A stretch of 63,637 bases of DNA, the filler included, from Octopus bimaculoides (lineage: Eukaryota): the NCBI RefSeq assembly GCF_001194135.2. It is 7 parts of 6 records of this genome, joined end to end, with 100 filler letters (N's around TTAATTAATTAA, not from the genome) between each part and the next. Parts side by side here need not be neighbours in the genome. Positions count along the whole stretch, not along the records: positions 1 to 7,284 come from NC_068997.1; positions 7,385 to 22,712 come from NC_068982.1; 5 more parts are not named here. One strand, 5' to 3'. The position numbers were made by a program, and so were the translations under genes. This document shows, in pieces, positions 1 to 11,470 of this stretch (position 1 is its first letter; each line of letters begins with the position of its first letter). A model generated the notes under the pieces. That model searched no databases, was not told the origin of the DNA, and saw only the letters and a program-made list of their open reading frames with translations.

Positions 1-128
1 ATATATAAAGTATGTATATATATATGCATGTATGTATGTCTCAGCGTCTGTTGTGCCACTGGTTTTATAGATGATTTCCGTGGAAAGTAAGTTTAGTGCT
101 GTGCAATACTTTATCCACTCAAAGAATA

Positions 129-350
129 TGTAAGCACAACTGACCTGATATAAAGATTCGGGATAGAGAAGAGAAACTATGCACAGTTGTGGAAATTAGC
201 TGCTCAGCGGATGTTAACATAAAGCCGAAGGTCAGTGAAAAAGAGAACACCTATGCTGAACTATTGAGAAATCTGTAGTTACTCCATCCAGATTACAAGG
301 TCAGATTTATACCTGTAATTATTGGAGCCATGGGATATGTAACACACTGC
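129..350 (+). mobile_element. Degenerate restriction-like endonuclease (RLE) domain of an R2/R4/NeSL-type non-LTR retrotransposon
   Basis: Translates CKHN*PDIKIRDREEKLCTVVEISCSADVNIKPKVSEKENTYAELLRNL*LLHPDYKVRFIPVIIGAMGYVTHC. This fits the RLE pattern KHNRPD..D...K.C..(D/E)...P.D.N...K..EK...Y..L ... PIIIGALG, with two in-frame stops. Confidence 0.85.
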
Positions 351-629
351 ATGTTTGTCCGTGAACTAGATGTTACTTCGGTTCGAGCGTCGCTGTTTAA
401 TTTTGGTTATGTATGTATGTATGTATGTATGTATGTATATGTGGATGTATATCTACGAGTGGGTATGTATATTTATAATAAGTATACTTTCATGAGCACG
501 TTAAAACGTCTATGCATATACACGCGCATTTGCTTATGTGTCTAGATACTTGGTTTTGTACGCTTGTGTGTATTTTGGGATATGTAAGTATGTATGTGTG
601 TGTTTATATATACATACATACATGCATAC

Positions 630-676
<47 letters not shown>

Positions 677-1938
677 NNNNNNNNNNNNNNNNNNNNNNNN
701 NNNNNNNNNNNNNNNNNNNNNNNNNNNNNNNNNNNNNNNNNNNNNNNNNNNNNNNNNNNNNNNNNNNNNNNNNNNNNNNNNNNNNNNNNNNNNNNNNNNN
801 NNNNNNNNNNNNNNNNNNNNNNNNNNNNNNNNNNNNNNNNNNNNNNNNNNNNNNNNNNNNNNNNNNNNNNNNNNNNNNNNNNNNNNNNNNNNNNNNNNNN
901 NNNNNNNNNNNNNNNNNNNNNNNNNNNNNNNNNNNNNNNNNNNNNNNNNNNNNNNNNNNNNNNNNNNNNNNNNNNNNNNNNNNNNNNNNNNNNNNNNNNN
1001 NNNNNNNNNNNNNNNNNNNNNNNNNNNNNNNNNNNNNNNNNNNNNNNNNNNNNNNNNNNNNNNNNNNNNNNNNNNNNNNNNNNNNNNNNNNNNNNNNNNN
1101 NNNNNNNNNNNNNNNNNNNNNNNNNNNNNNNNNNNNNNNNNNNNNNNNNNNNNNNNNNNNNNNNNNNNNNNNNNNNNNNNNNNNNNNNNNNNNNNNNNNN
1201 NATATATATATATATATACGTGTGTGTGTGTATGTGTGTATGCACATGTTTACGTGTGTATGCATTTTTGTTTTTCTACAATGTAAAGGTTGACATGAAT
1301 ACACAACAAAATAACTGTGAAGATGATGTCATAGTCTCTTCAGTTATTACTCCTTTACCCGTCCGACAGTTGCAGCTGACATATTTTTCAATAGCATTCC
1401 TTATAAGATAAACAAGGAAAGATAAAAGCCGCCTGCTGTTCTCTATGAATGACGTCAAACGAACAGCTCCTTGCAAACTGAATATCGTTTATCCTCCTGT
1501 CGATAAATTCATAAATACTACGGTATTGTTGTGTATTTGTTGATATCAAATTCTGATTAACATATTAAATAAATATGAATTTTCTTTTAACACGGATTTT
1601 CTTTCTAAATGGACAATATATTGTCACAACTCCGAGCATTTCACAATTTATTCAAGTGATGGTATTCGGAAAATGAGATGGAACCAAAGCAGAAAATTAC
1701 CCACTGAGTGTTTGACGCTCGTATGTGTGAATGTACAAACGCACACACACGCACGCACGCATATATATATATGTGTGTGTATGCATGTGTGCATGCATGT
1801 GTGTATATATATATATATGTATGTATAAATATATTATACACATAATATGTATATTATACATCCTTGCATATATGCACATATACATACGACTGTGTACATA
1901 CAGATGTGTCTATGTATTTATGGGTTCATGCATGTGTG

Positions 1939-1983
<45 letters not shown>

Positions 1984-2421
1984 ATGTGCGTGTGTTGGTG
2001 TAGGTACACACATAGTTGTGTGGTTAAGAATCTCGCTTTGCAGCCACGCGGTTTCAGGTTCGGTCCCACTTCCTTTCTTAGTGGTCTGATGCGGTGTTGG
2101 TAATTGGATATTTTGAGACTTTGACAGCCAATGGAATGGTCCTTTTGGGATGTATGAGAGGTTGTCTGTGCATCAAAAAGCTCTCCTCCCCAAATCAATG
2201 ATTAGTTCTTCGAAGTATCTCTTCCTGGAGATTTTGTAATTGTAAAACAACTGATTTCAATTAGACACATTCTGCCCGCTCTGAAGAGATTCAAAGTTTG
2301 CAGGATATCCACTTGTGCGCCTGTGTGTGATAGTGTTCGTGTTTTCGCGCGCAAATACATATGGGTATGTGTATGAGTGTGTTTGTAATTTTTTTCTAAT
2401 TGTGCGCATGTGTGTGCATGA

Positions 2422-2740
2422 AGGCGCGTGGCTCAGCGGTTGGAGTATTCTGTTCAAGATCTTAGTGTCACGAGTTCGATACACGTCAGCGCGTTGTGTC
2501 CTTGAGCAAGACACTTTATTTCACGCTGCTGCCGTCCACTTAGCTGGCAAAAATGAATAGAACCTGTAGTTCAAAGGGTCATCCGTGTTCCATTCTGTGT
2601 CACGCTGAATCTCCTTCAGAACTGTGTTCAAGGTACGCATGTCTGTGGAGTTCTCGGCTATTTGCACGTTATTTTCACGAGCAGGCTGTTCCGCTGATCG
2701 GATAATCTAGAACACTCGTCGTCGTAACCGACGGAGTGTC
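2422..2740 (+). mobile_element. tRNA-derived SINE (head type B, 3' tail shared with family A)
   Basis: A-box-like GTGGCTCAGCGG, B-box-like GAGTTCGATAC, then TGTGTCCTTGAGCAAGACACT, and the tail ...GTCGTAACCGACGGAGTG seen in family A copies. Confidence 0.75.
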
Positions 2741-3224
2741 TAAATCAAAGCCATTATCTATCTATCTATCTATTAGTCTGTCTGTGTGTCTGTTTATCCG
2801 ACTATCTGTCTGTATATCTGTCTATCTACTTACGTATCTATCTATTTATCTATCTATCTATCCGTTAGTCTCTCTGTCTGTCTACCTATGTATCTGCCTG
2901 TCTGTCTGCAGAGACAGAGAAAGAGAAGAAAGAGAAGAGAGTGGAGGAGGAGGACGAGGAGGAGAGATTATGCCCGCGCATTTCACTTGCGTCACGGACA
3001 AAGTTATGATGTGATCAACATTTGGTTTAGCGAAGATCGGGTTTCCCTTTGAAACTTTCGAAATCGATGAAATAAGTACCTGTTGAACACTGGGGTCGAC
3101 TGAAACCCTTTCCTGAACTTACTGGCCTTGTGCCAAAATTTTAAACAAATATTTAGTTTAGTGATAGACACAAACACAGAAAACACACACACACGAACAC
3201 CAATGTACACATATACAGCGGACT

Positions 3225-3372
3225 TCTTTCAGTTACCGTCTACCAAATTCACTCACAAGACTTTGGTTGGCCCGAGGTTATATTGGAATGCAGTTGCTGC
3301 CCAAGGTGCCATTCAGTGGGACTGAACCCGGAACCATGTATCAAACTTCTTACGACGCAATTGCGCCTACGC
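3225..3372 (-). mobile_element. Partial SINE family D (5' half)
   Basis: Matches the head half of the copies at 42243, 48511, 50580 and 58846 (ccaaattcactcacaag...cccaaggtgccattcagtgggactgaacccggaacc). Confidence 0.75.
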
Positions 3373-3572
3373 CTACATACGTATATATTCGTACATACAT
3401 ACCTGCATACATACATACCTATAAACATTCATTCATATTTATGTTTGTGTGTGTATGTATGTGTGTGAGTATGTGTGTGTGTGTGTGTGTGGTGTAGATA
3501 TATATATATAGAGAGAGAGACACGCACGCACATACGCATCTATAAATAGTTATATATACATATATGTGTGTG

Positions 3573-3638
<66 letters not shown>

Positions 3639-5106
3639 TATATACACACACATATATATGTATATACACACACACATATATACATTTATATGTGTGTGTG
3701 TGTGTGTGTACGGAAAAATATGATTGCAGCCACTTGCTGCATGTATTCATACATAAATTCACAAACACATGCATACACATACGGATAGATGAATGTTTAT
3801 ACAAATATAGACAGCCAGGATATGTTTTGGTACGTGTATACGTCAATACATCTGCAAGTCTACGAGCTTATGTATGTTTGTATGTCTGTGTATGCACCAG
3901 TTTGCGTTTCTGTGTGCGTATATACTTATATCTGTGCGCGCGTGTGTGTGTATGTGTGTGTATAAAGTAAAATTTTAAATAACATTCGATATTTAGAGAC
4001 ATTTCAAGCCAAGGGAGGCCATTACATTTTCATTATCCATTTTGGATGGCGTCCAATTTTCATTTATATATTTTTTACCTTCGTTTCTCGCAATTTTCTT
4101 ATGAATTTAAATACTTTATTTTTTTCGCTCAAACACTTTATACGTTTGCTTTTTTTCATTCTTCAGAATTTCTTTCTTTTGTATCTCACCTCTTTACACA
4201 CAATCATTCCTGTAACAATTAATCAATTGCTTTAACAACCGGTTATTCATCAAATAAAACCCAGTTAATTTAATTGCGCTGACAGCTAATGAGAAAGCGA
4301 CTTAATGAAAGACAAAAGACAAAATAATAATAAATAGTTTAAGAGAGTCAGAGAGAGAGAGACAGAGAGAGAGAAGAGAAGAAGAGGGAGAGAGTAAAGA
4401 AGAAATTTGTGAAAATCTGCTTCTTTTTTATTTATATTTATGTATTTGTTTATTATTTTAGTTTTGTTTTTCACTTGAAGCGAAATATCTTACCGGTTCG
4501 GAAGTCAATATAATTCCTCAGCTTTGGCTAATGTCCTTTAGCTTAGCTTGTTCATTGTGTCTGCNNNNNNNNNNNNNNNNNNNNNNNNNNNNNNNNNNNN
4601 NNNNNNNNNNNNNNNNNNNNNNNNNNNNNNNNNNNNNNNNNNNNNNNNNNNNNNNNNNNNNNNNNNNNNNNNNNNNNNNNNNNNNNNNNNNNNNNNNNNN
4701 NNNNNNNNNNNNNNNNNNNNNNNNNNNNNNNNNNNNNNNNNNNNNNNNNNNNNNNNNNNNNNNNNNNNNNNNNNNNNNNNNNNNNNNNNNNNNNNNNNNN
4801 NNNNNNNNNNNNNNNNNNNNNNNNNNNNNNNNNNNNNNNNNNNNNNNNNNNNNNNNNNNNNNNNNNNNNNNNNNNNNNNNNNNNNNNNNNNNNNNNNNNN
4901 NNNNNNNNNNNNNNNNNNNNNNNNNNNNNNNNNNNNNNNNNNNNNNNNNNNNNNNNNNNNNNNNNNNNNNNNNNNNNNNNNNNNNNNNNNNNNNNNNNNN
5001 NNNNNNNNNNNNNNNNNNNNNNNNNNNNNNNNNNNNNNNNNNNNNNNNNNNNNNNNNNNNNNNNNNNNNNNNNNNNNNNNNNNNNNNNNNNNNNNNNNNN
5101 NNNNNN

Positions 5107-5168
<62 letters not shown>

Positions 5169-7097
5169 ATATGCATATATAAACGTGTTTGTGTGTCTAT
5201 ATCTTTATAAACTATGTATATATATATATGTATATATATATGTATATATATATCTACGTACTTACATATATATATATATATATTATACGCACAAGCACAC
5301 ACGCAGAAATTCGAACTATTGATCGATAGATACGTTATACTTTTCTGTTTCTTTCTGTTTTAGGTTTTTTTTTTCGCACAGTCTATATTTTCGTAATGCA
5401 GTTGTGTGATTCTCCATTAAATGTGAGACACAAGATATAGCACTGATGTATGATATTAGATATAATATGATGCGTATGAGGAGATATCAAATTATAGTGA
5501 GAATTATATTTGCTATCAAGTTGATTGAGAGGGCATCAGAAGATGCAATATAAATTTGATGGTTAGAATATCTGTGTGCGAGTGTGGAGGATTGGAGGAC
5601 ATCTGTGTAGCATGTGAACACACACATATGTTTCTGCGTTGAGAAGTGTGTATACATATGTATATCTGCATATAATAATGTATGTGTATATATATATATA
5701 TATTTAATGTGTATGAGTATGGATGCTTTTATATATGAGTGTGTGGTCGGTGTATACATAAATGCTTCTGTATATATAATTGCGTGTGTCTGTATGTGTT
5801 TGCTTGTATGTATACATAATTCTATACATTCATTCATAGAACAGTAATACATACATGCATGCCCTCATATGTAGATACACACACACACACACACATATTA
5901 TATATATATTTATGCACACACACATTTATACATACACACACACACATACACATATATATACATACACATATTTGCACACAGATATTTATGCATGCAAGTA
6001 AATGGATACGCAAAGACATAAATTCATACGCACTTTCATACTTAGATGCGCCCACTCTCTTTCTCTCTCTCTCTCTTACTCTCTCATACACTCACATACA
6101 CGCACGCACATTCACACACTCATATTCACACAGAGATATATTACCGCACGCATACGCAATTTTATGACAGAAAATATATATTTAAATTTTTCTAATAATA
6201 CAAACCATCAAGAAGCGTTATCTTCCTCCACAGTATAATTATACAACTTGCAAAGAAAGAAAAAAAAAAAGCAGCCATCGATATGTGTGTCATTGAAGTC
6301 TGAAGTAAACAACAACTTCATCACCGATTTCTTTCAGCTACGAAATCTTTCTAAATAGCATGGACATTCCAGCTACCGATGTAATCACTGTAAGCTAGTT
6401 TGCTCTCAAACACGGACGAAACTCGTTATATGATTATATAATAAGCCAGGGCCTTAACGAAAACATTATAAACGGAATACAATTGCAAATTTTCGCTGCC
6501 AACAACTTACATTACACGGACGACAGCCAAAGAATAATTGTTATCGTAGTTTGTTTTTCTCTACCAAAAGCAATACAGGATAACGTCTGGAATGACGTAT
6601 TAAAGTAAAATTGTTGGCTTTTATTTAGAAGGAGGTACGAATATTTCGCCGAAGCGTTCATATCTTTTAGCTCTTAGCATTTATTTACTTCTACCATTGG
6701 ATTGCAGCCCTGCTGAAGCACTGCCTTGAGGGGCATAGTTGAAATAATAAACACTAGTATGTATTTTAAGTCTGAAACTTATTTTACTGGACTCTTTTGT
6801 CAAAGCGTTAGTATACACAGACGTAGATATCCGGCACTAGCTGTCAAGTGTATACTTATGGTGTACCTGGCTAACTGGTTAATACAAACTTCTGCTCATG
6901 GAGGCACAAAGAAAACATTTCACTCTAAATGTGAAGTGTTGAGTAACTAAAGGGGAAAATTCTATGTGAGGTCGCAGCCAATACTTCCCAACATTGAAGA
7001 ATCTTTGCAATAAAGTATAACTAAATTAAAAGAAAGCTAAACATATTTTACAGCGTGGAAGGTGTTTATAAGCCATTTAAAATAACACACAAAAACC

Positions 7098-7284
7098 GTT
7101 AGATTCACCTCAACATTTAAATTTCATTTGTCAAAATATTTTCGTCGCTTTGAGACCGCGACCTGTTCACTGACAAAATTCTGTGCTGCATCTGTCAGTA
7201 AACATTTGTCAGTGAACGGGTCGCGGTCTCAAAGCGACGAAAATATTTTGACAAATTAAATTTAAATGCTGAAGTGAATCTAAC
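7098..7284. repeat. Fold-back/MITE-like inverted repeat, 80-bp arms and 27-bp loop
   Basis: 7098-7177 is the reverse complement of 7205-7284 with 4 mismatches by manual comparison. The right arm runs into an N gap. Confidence 0.9.
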
Positions 7285-7384
7285 NNNNNNNNNNNNNNNN
7301 NNNNNNNNNNNNNNNNNNNNNNNNNNNNTTAATTAATTAANNNNNNNNNNNNNNNNNNNNNNNNNNNNNNNNNNNNNNNNNNNN
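7285..7384. other. Assembly spacer of about 100 bp (N-run + TTAATTAATTAA + N-run); also at 22713, ~30465, 56646, ~59323 and 62168
   Basis: The same 12-mer is centred in N runs six times (44+12+44 counted at 22713-22812). It carries stops in all six frames. Confidence 0.95.
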
Positions 7385-7420
<36 letters not shown>

Positions 7421-7654
7421 CATAGAGAGAGAGAGAGAGAAGCAATTATTAGGATAAGCAAATTAGACACATCAGATATAATAAATATATTAAGTACATC
7501 AAATATAAAATATGTATATAAGAATACATGTAAAATGAAACTTTCAGATGATGAATGATGAATTTATATGTATAAATGTATATATATATACCTATATAAA
7601 TAGGTACAACTTACACAGTGTACAAATGACAGAAATTTCTGTCATTTGTACTCT

Positions 7655-10250
7655 GTGTGAGCCTTGAGCAACATTGACTCAATGCTTGTTGAACAAGCTC
7701 TGTCCAGTACTTTTGGGTTTGTCACACTGTCCTGCCAGTGAATGCCCATGGTCTTGCACTGTGCCCTTGTATGAAATTGTTCCAGCTGTTTGATGTGCCA
7801 ACAGTATGGTGTCCATGTTTGACACCCATAGAGTAGTGTAGAAACGACTACAGACTCATAGATCTTCAGCTTTGGCGATAGTCTTATGTCATTCTGCTGG
7901 AGGACTTTCACTTTCAGTTTTCTAAGTGCTTGGCTGGCCTTGTGGATTCTGGATAATGTTTCACGTCCAATGATCCATCAGCTTAAGTTGTGCTGCCAAG
8001 GTACCTGAAATTTTCCACACACTTATGCTGGACTCCCTCAGTGGTGACATTTTGGCTAGGGGCAAATTGTGTTTGAGGCTGCTTGGACTAGGACCTCTGT
8101 TTTCCCAAGGCTGATGGTCAGCCCAAAGAGCCTTGATGCTTCTGCAAAGCGATCAGCAATGGTCTGCAGGTGATTTTTCTTGTATGCCATAAGGACACAG
8201 TCATCTTCAAATAGGGCTTCAGTTATAAACTTTTCCACTGTCTTGGTTCAAGCAGAGAGTTGGTGGAGGTCAAAAACAGAGCCATCTGAGTGATATTCGA
8301 TGTATATTCCCAGATCTATGTCTTTCATTGTGTTAAATAGGACCTGTGTGAAGAACAAGTGGAACAGCACGGGGTAGAGTACACAGCCCTGTTTCATGCC
8401 ATTGGAAATGTTGAAAGAGTTGGTGCAGTCACTTGCTAAAAACTTGACCAGTCATATTGTCATGAAAGAGTCTTATCAATGTGGTGAACTTGTGTGGTTA
8501 GCCCAGCTTGGTTAGGATGCTCCACAAAGCCTCTCTGTTAACTGAGACAAAAGTTTTAGTCAGGTCTATGAAGACAGTACAAATCCATCCATTGTTTGAT
8601 GCATTTCTCCTTGACTTGACACACAGCAAACACCATGTCTACAGTGCTGCAGCTAAGGTGGAAGCTACTCTGGGCTTCAGGCAAGTTGCTCTCAGAGATG
8701 CTGGTGATGAGCCTGTTGAAAAGGATGTGGGCCAGGATTTTTCCAGCAATGGAAAGCAGGGAAATGCCCCTGTAGGTTCCGCAGTCTGATTTGGCTCCTT
8801 TGTTCTTGTAGAGTGTAACTATGTGGCGTCTCTGAACTCTGCAGCCATATACTCTTCTCCCCGAATGGATACAAGGATTTCATGAAATGCACTGAAAGCT
8901 GTCATGTTGGAGGGTGATAACATAATCAATAAGATGTCATTATTTTGAGCACAGATGCATCCATGATGTTTTATACTTATGAGCCTGCCGGAAGATGGTG
9001 TTTGTAATCAGCAGGTTGTGCTTGGTGCATTTGCTCAGCAAAAGGCCATTGCTATTCATCTTCCCAACTCCATGCTTCCCTATAACTCCTCTCCACTGCT
9101 CCTCATCCCTGCCAACTCTAATGTTGAAATCACCCAGTATTACAAGCTTGTTGGTAGCAAGTGTGTCACATAGCGCAGTGTCCTCTCTGATCTTTTGTTC
9201 TGTGCATGTCATTGTAGGAGCATACATGCTCATGATGGTGATGAAGTGTCTGTTGCTGACAGGGAGGCGAAGTTTCATAAGCCTTTCATTTACACCAGTG
9301 GAAATCTGTTTCAGGAGACTGGACTTGATGGCGAATCCAGCTCCATGTATTCTGTCCTCTTATAAGGTTTTGCTTTTCCAGAAGAAATGTAGCTGCGGCC
9401 TGATTATGTCAATATTGTATCTGGACAATTCTTTGGCAATGAGAGATGTTCTTCTCTGAGGTCTGGAGACATTGTCTCAATCCATGAAAGTATGTACCAA
9501 TGATTAGGTTATTTTCTCTGTTTGAACCAACTGCAAATGGGTAATTCTGTCAGTCACAGTTAGCTGACCAGAATTGTTTAGTACAAGCTTTCTTTAGGCC
9601 ACCTTTTCTAGGCTCCTCCCTTACTAGGGTGAGCAGTACTGTCTCAGAAAGGCTGCCCTGTTACCTGGGATGCTGCTGAAGTTCTCCATTGTCCAATACA
9701 AAGAACAGCGACCACTGATCCACAAGCCACCTACATGCAGGTGGTAACCTCCACCTGTCCCTTTCTCCATTCCCCTATTACTGCAGGACTTGAGGTTGAC
9801 AGTTGAAAGGCTGAGAAGCACAGACATCTGTACATGAAGTTGTTTCAAATAGGAGAGCCATTGCATAGGGACAATCCCACTCTCTTAGCAGAAAGAACCT
9901 TTACCCAGTGGCACTGGGAACTGTTACGGCTGGAGACCCTTCTTGCTGCAGTGGATGACCAGGACTCCATAGTGTGTTGTCATGTTCTAGGCACTCCACA
10001 ACGCCTACCGGTACTGCTTTCCTGATCATTGGACCTCACTAGTGGTCTCCTCTGCCCCGTATGCAAGAACTAGTCTTCGCATGCATAGGTAGAAAAGCCC
10101 CTATCTCACTGAGGATTTGAGACCCCTCAGCTATCCTCACCTGATTTAGCCAGCTAGTCGAAGTGGTTTACCAGGTGTGGCTGTTGCACATACTACAGCT
10201 ACAGGTGAGAGCTAGGTGCCAGGTGGGGACCAAGGTGGATGAGCCACTCT
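7655..10250 (-). mobile_element. RTE-clade (BovB-like) LINE relic: 5' region, APE endonuclease and RT; internally deleted and 3'-truncated
   Basis: Fragments include ITIMSMYAPT, LVILGDFNIRVGRD, NSNGLLL (APE); GISLLSIAGKIL; EALFEDDCVLMA..LQTIADRFAEASRLFGLTISLGKTEVL (RT YADD region); and KLKIYESVVVSTLLYGCQTWT. Many stops and frameshifts. Confidence 0.93.
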
Positions 10251-10901
10251 TATCTATTTTAATTCACCAGACATACTATTTCAATAATTCGTTTTATATT
10301 GGCACATATTTTCAAAAATATTTCATTTCATAGCGTTAGTTAGCTCAAGGGAAATAACTCACAACAATTTAAACATGGAAGACGTAGTTATTTAAAATAA
10401 AACGTAAAATCGGTTAATTGTTTAAGTTAAAGTTAACATTTTTTGTGTAATTTTGAATAGCTAATATATGTCTTCAATACTATAATTGTTTTAATTTCAA
10501 CACATTGCCGCAGCTCAAATTACTTGCCAGATATATACAAGTTGAAAAAACAAACCAAATTGATTTCTTGTGTAGTATACAGCTAATCTGGAGTCTATTA
10601 GCAATGTATGAAATATGTATATAACTCAACAATCAAACCAAAATTTTCAAAAGCAAATCAAGAACTTATGATATATAATTATGATAATGAGATAATCTCA
10701 GAAACTTCTGAACTCTCTTTGTTATTCACAGAACCTTTTTTATTTAGGGAATTTTTATTAAAAAACAACCATGATAAACAAAGAGCCTATTCCTTTCAAT
10801 CCAAAGAGATTTTTTTCATATTATTAAATGAAAGTTATAAACAGCTAAGGATGAGTTATAAGAAGGAACAACTACAGAATCAGATGAAATGTGTGCTTTA
10901 A

Positions 10902-11123
10902 CCCTTTCGTTATTGTATTCATTTTGAGATGCTCTGTGTGTTTCTTTCAATTACTTTAAACATAATAAAGAATTTAGTAAAATAACTTAGTCATCATTCA
11001 GCTAGTGTTAGGAACATAAATTGTGACTAAGATTTGGTGGAAGATTTTAATTCAAAACTTATGAAATCAAGACATTTGTACTCAGAGCCAGACCTGGTTT
11101 CAGCCAGGTTGGTAACGAAAGGG
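10902..11123. mobile_element. piggyBac-type MITE
   Basis: TTAA at 10898-10901 and 11124-11127 flank 11-bp perfect TIRs CCCTTTCGTTA / TAACGAAAGGG. Confidence 0.85.
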
Positions 11124-11139
11124 TTAATCATCGCTGAAA

Positions 11140-11470
11140 CCATCCTCGTCATCATCATTTAACATCCATCTTCCATGCATGCATGAGTAGGACGATTGTC
11201 AAGAGCCGACCGGGTAGAAAAACCACCCAAGGCTACTGTGTCTGTTTTGACAGGGCTTTTATGGCTGGATGCCTTTCCTAACACCAACCACTCCGCAGAG
11301 TGGACTCAGTGCTTTTTACATGGCATTAGCACAGGCGAAGTTAGTTTTGGTATGATTTTTACAGCTGGATGCCCTTCCAAACGCCAACCACGCTACAGTG
11401 TGGACTGGATGCTTTTAACATGGCACCAGCACTGGCAGGGTAACCAAGTAACTCACAAGACAAGGAATTA
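11140..11470 (-). mobile_element. SINE family F, (ATG)n-tailed; related pieces at ~20700-20790, 21714-21960 and 22590-22712
   Basis: Tail catcatcatttaacatccatcttccatgc and body gctggatgcccttccaaacgccaaccac recur in the other copies. Confidence 0.7.

Noticed and set aside
512-5322. Long ORFs of 200-440 aa in the ORF track (also 36428-37067 and 45497-46813)
   Set aside because: They run through N gaps and (TA)n/(CA)n tracts; no coding signal.
7329-7340. Recurrent TTAATTAATTAA motif (six copies)
   Set aside because: Always centred in N runs making 100-bp blocks; an assembly spacer, not a biological motif or CRISPR repeat.
10608-10901. 97-aa AT-rich ORF upstream of the BIR exon (also 11991-12185, containing a WP dipeptide)
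   Set aside because: No BIR N-terminal motif (no LA.AGF.Y.G) and no compatible phase-1 donor; likely chance ORFs.
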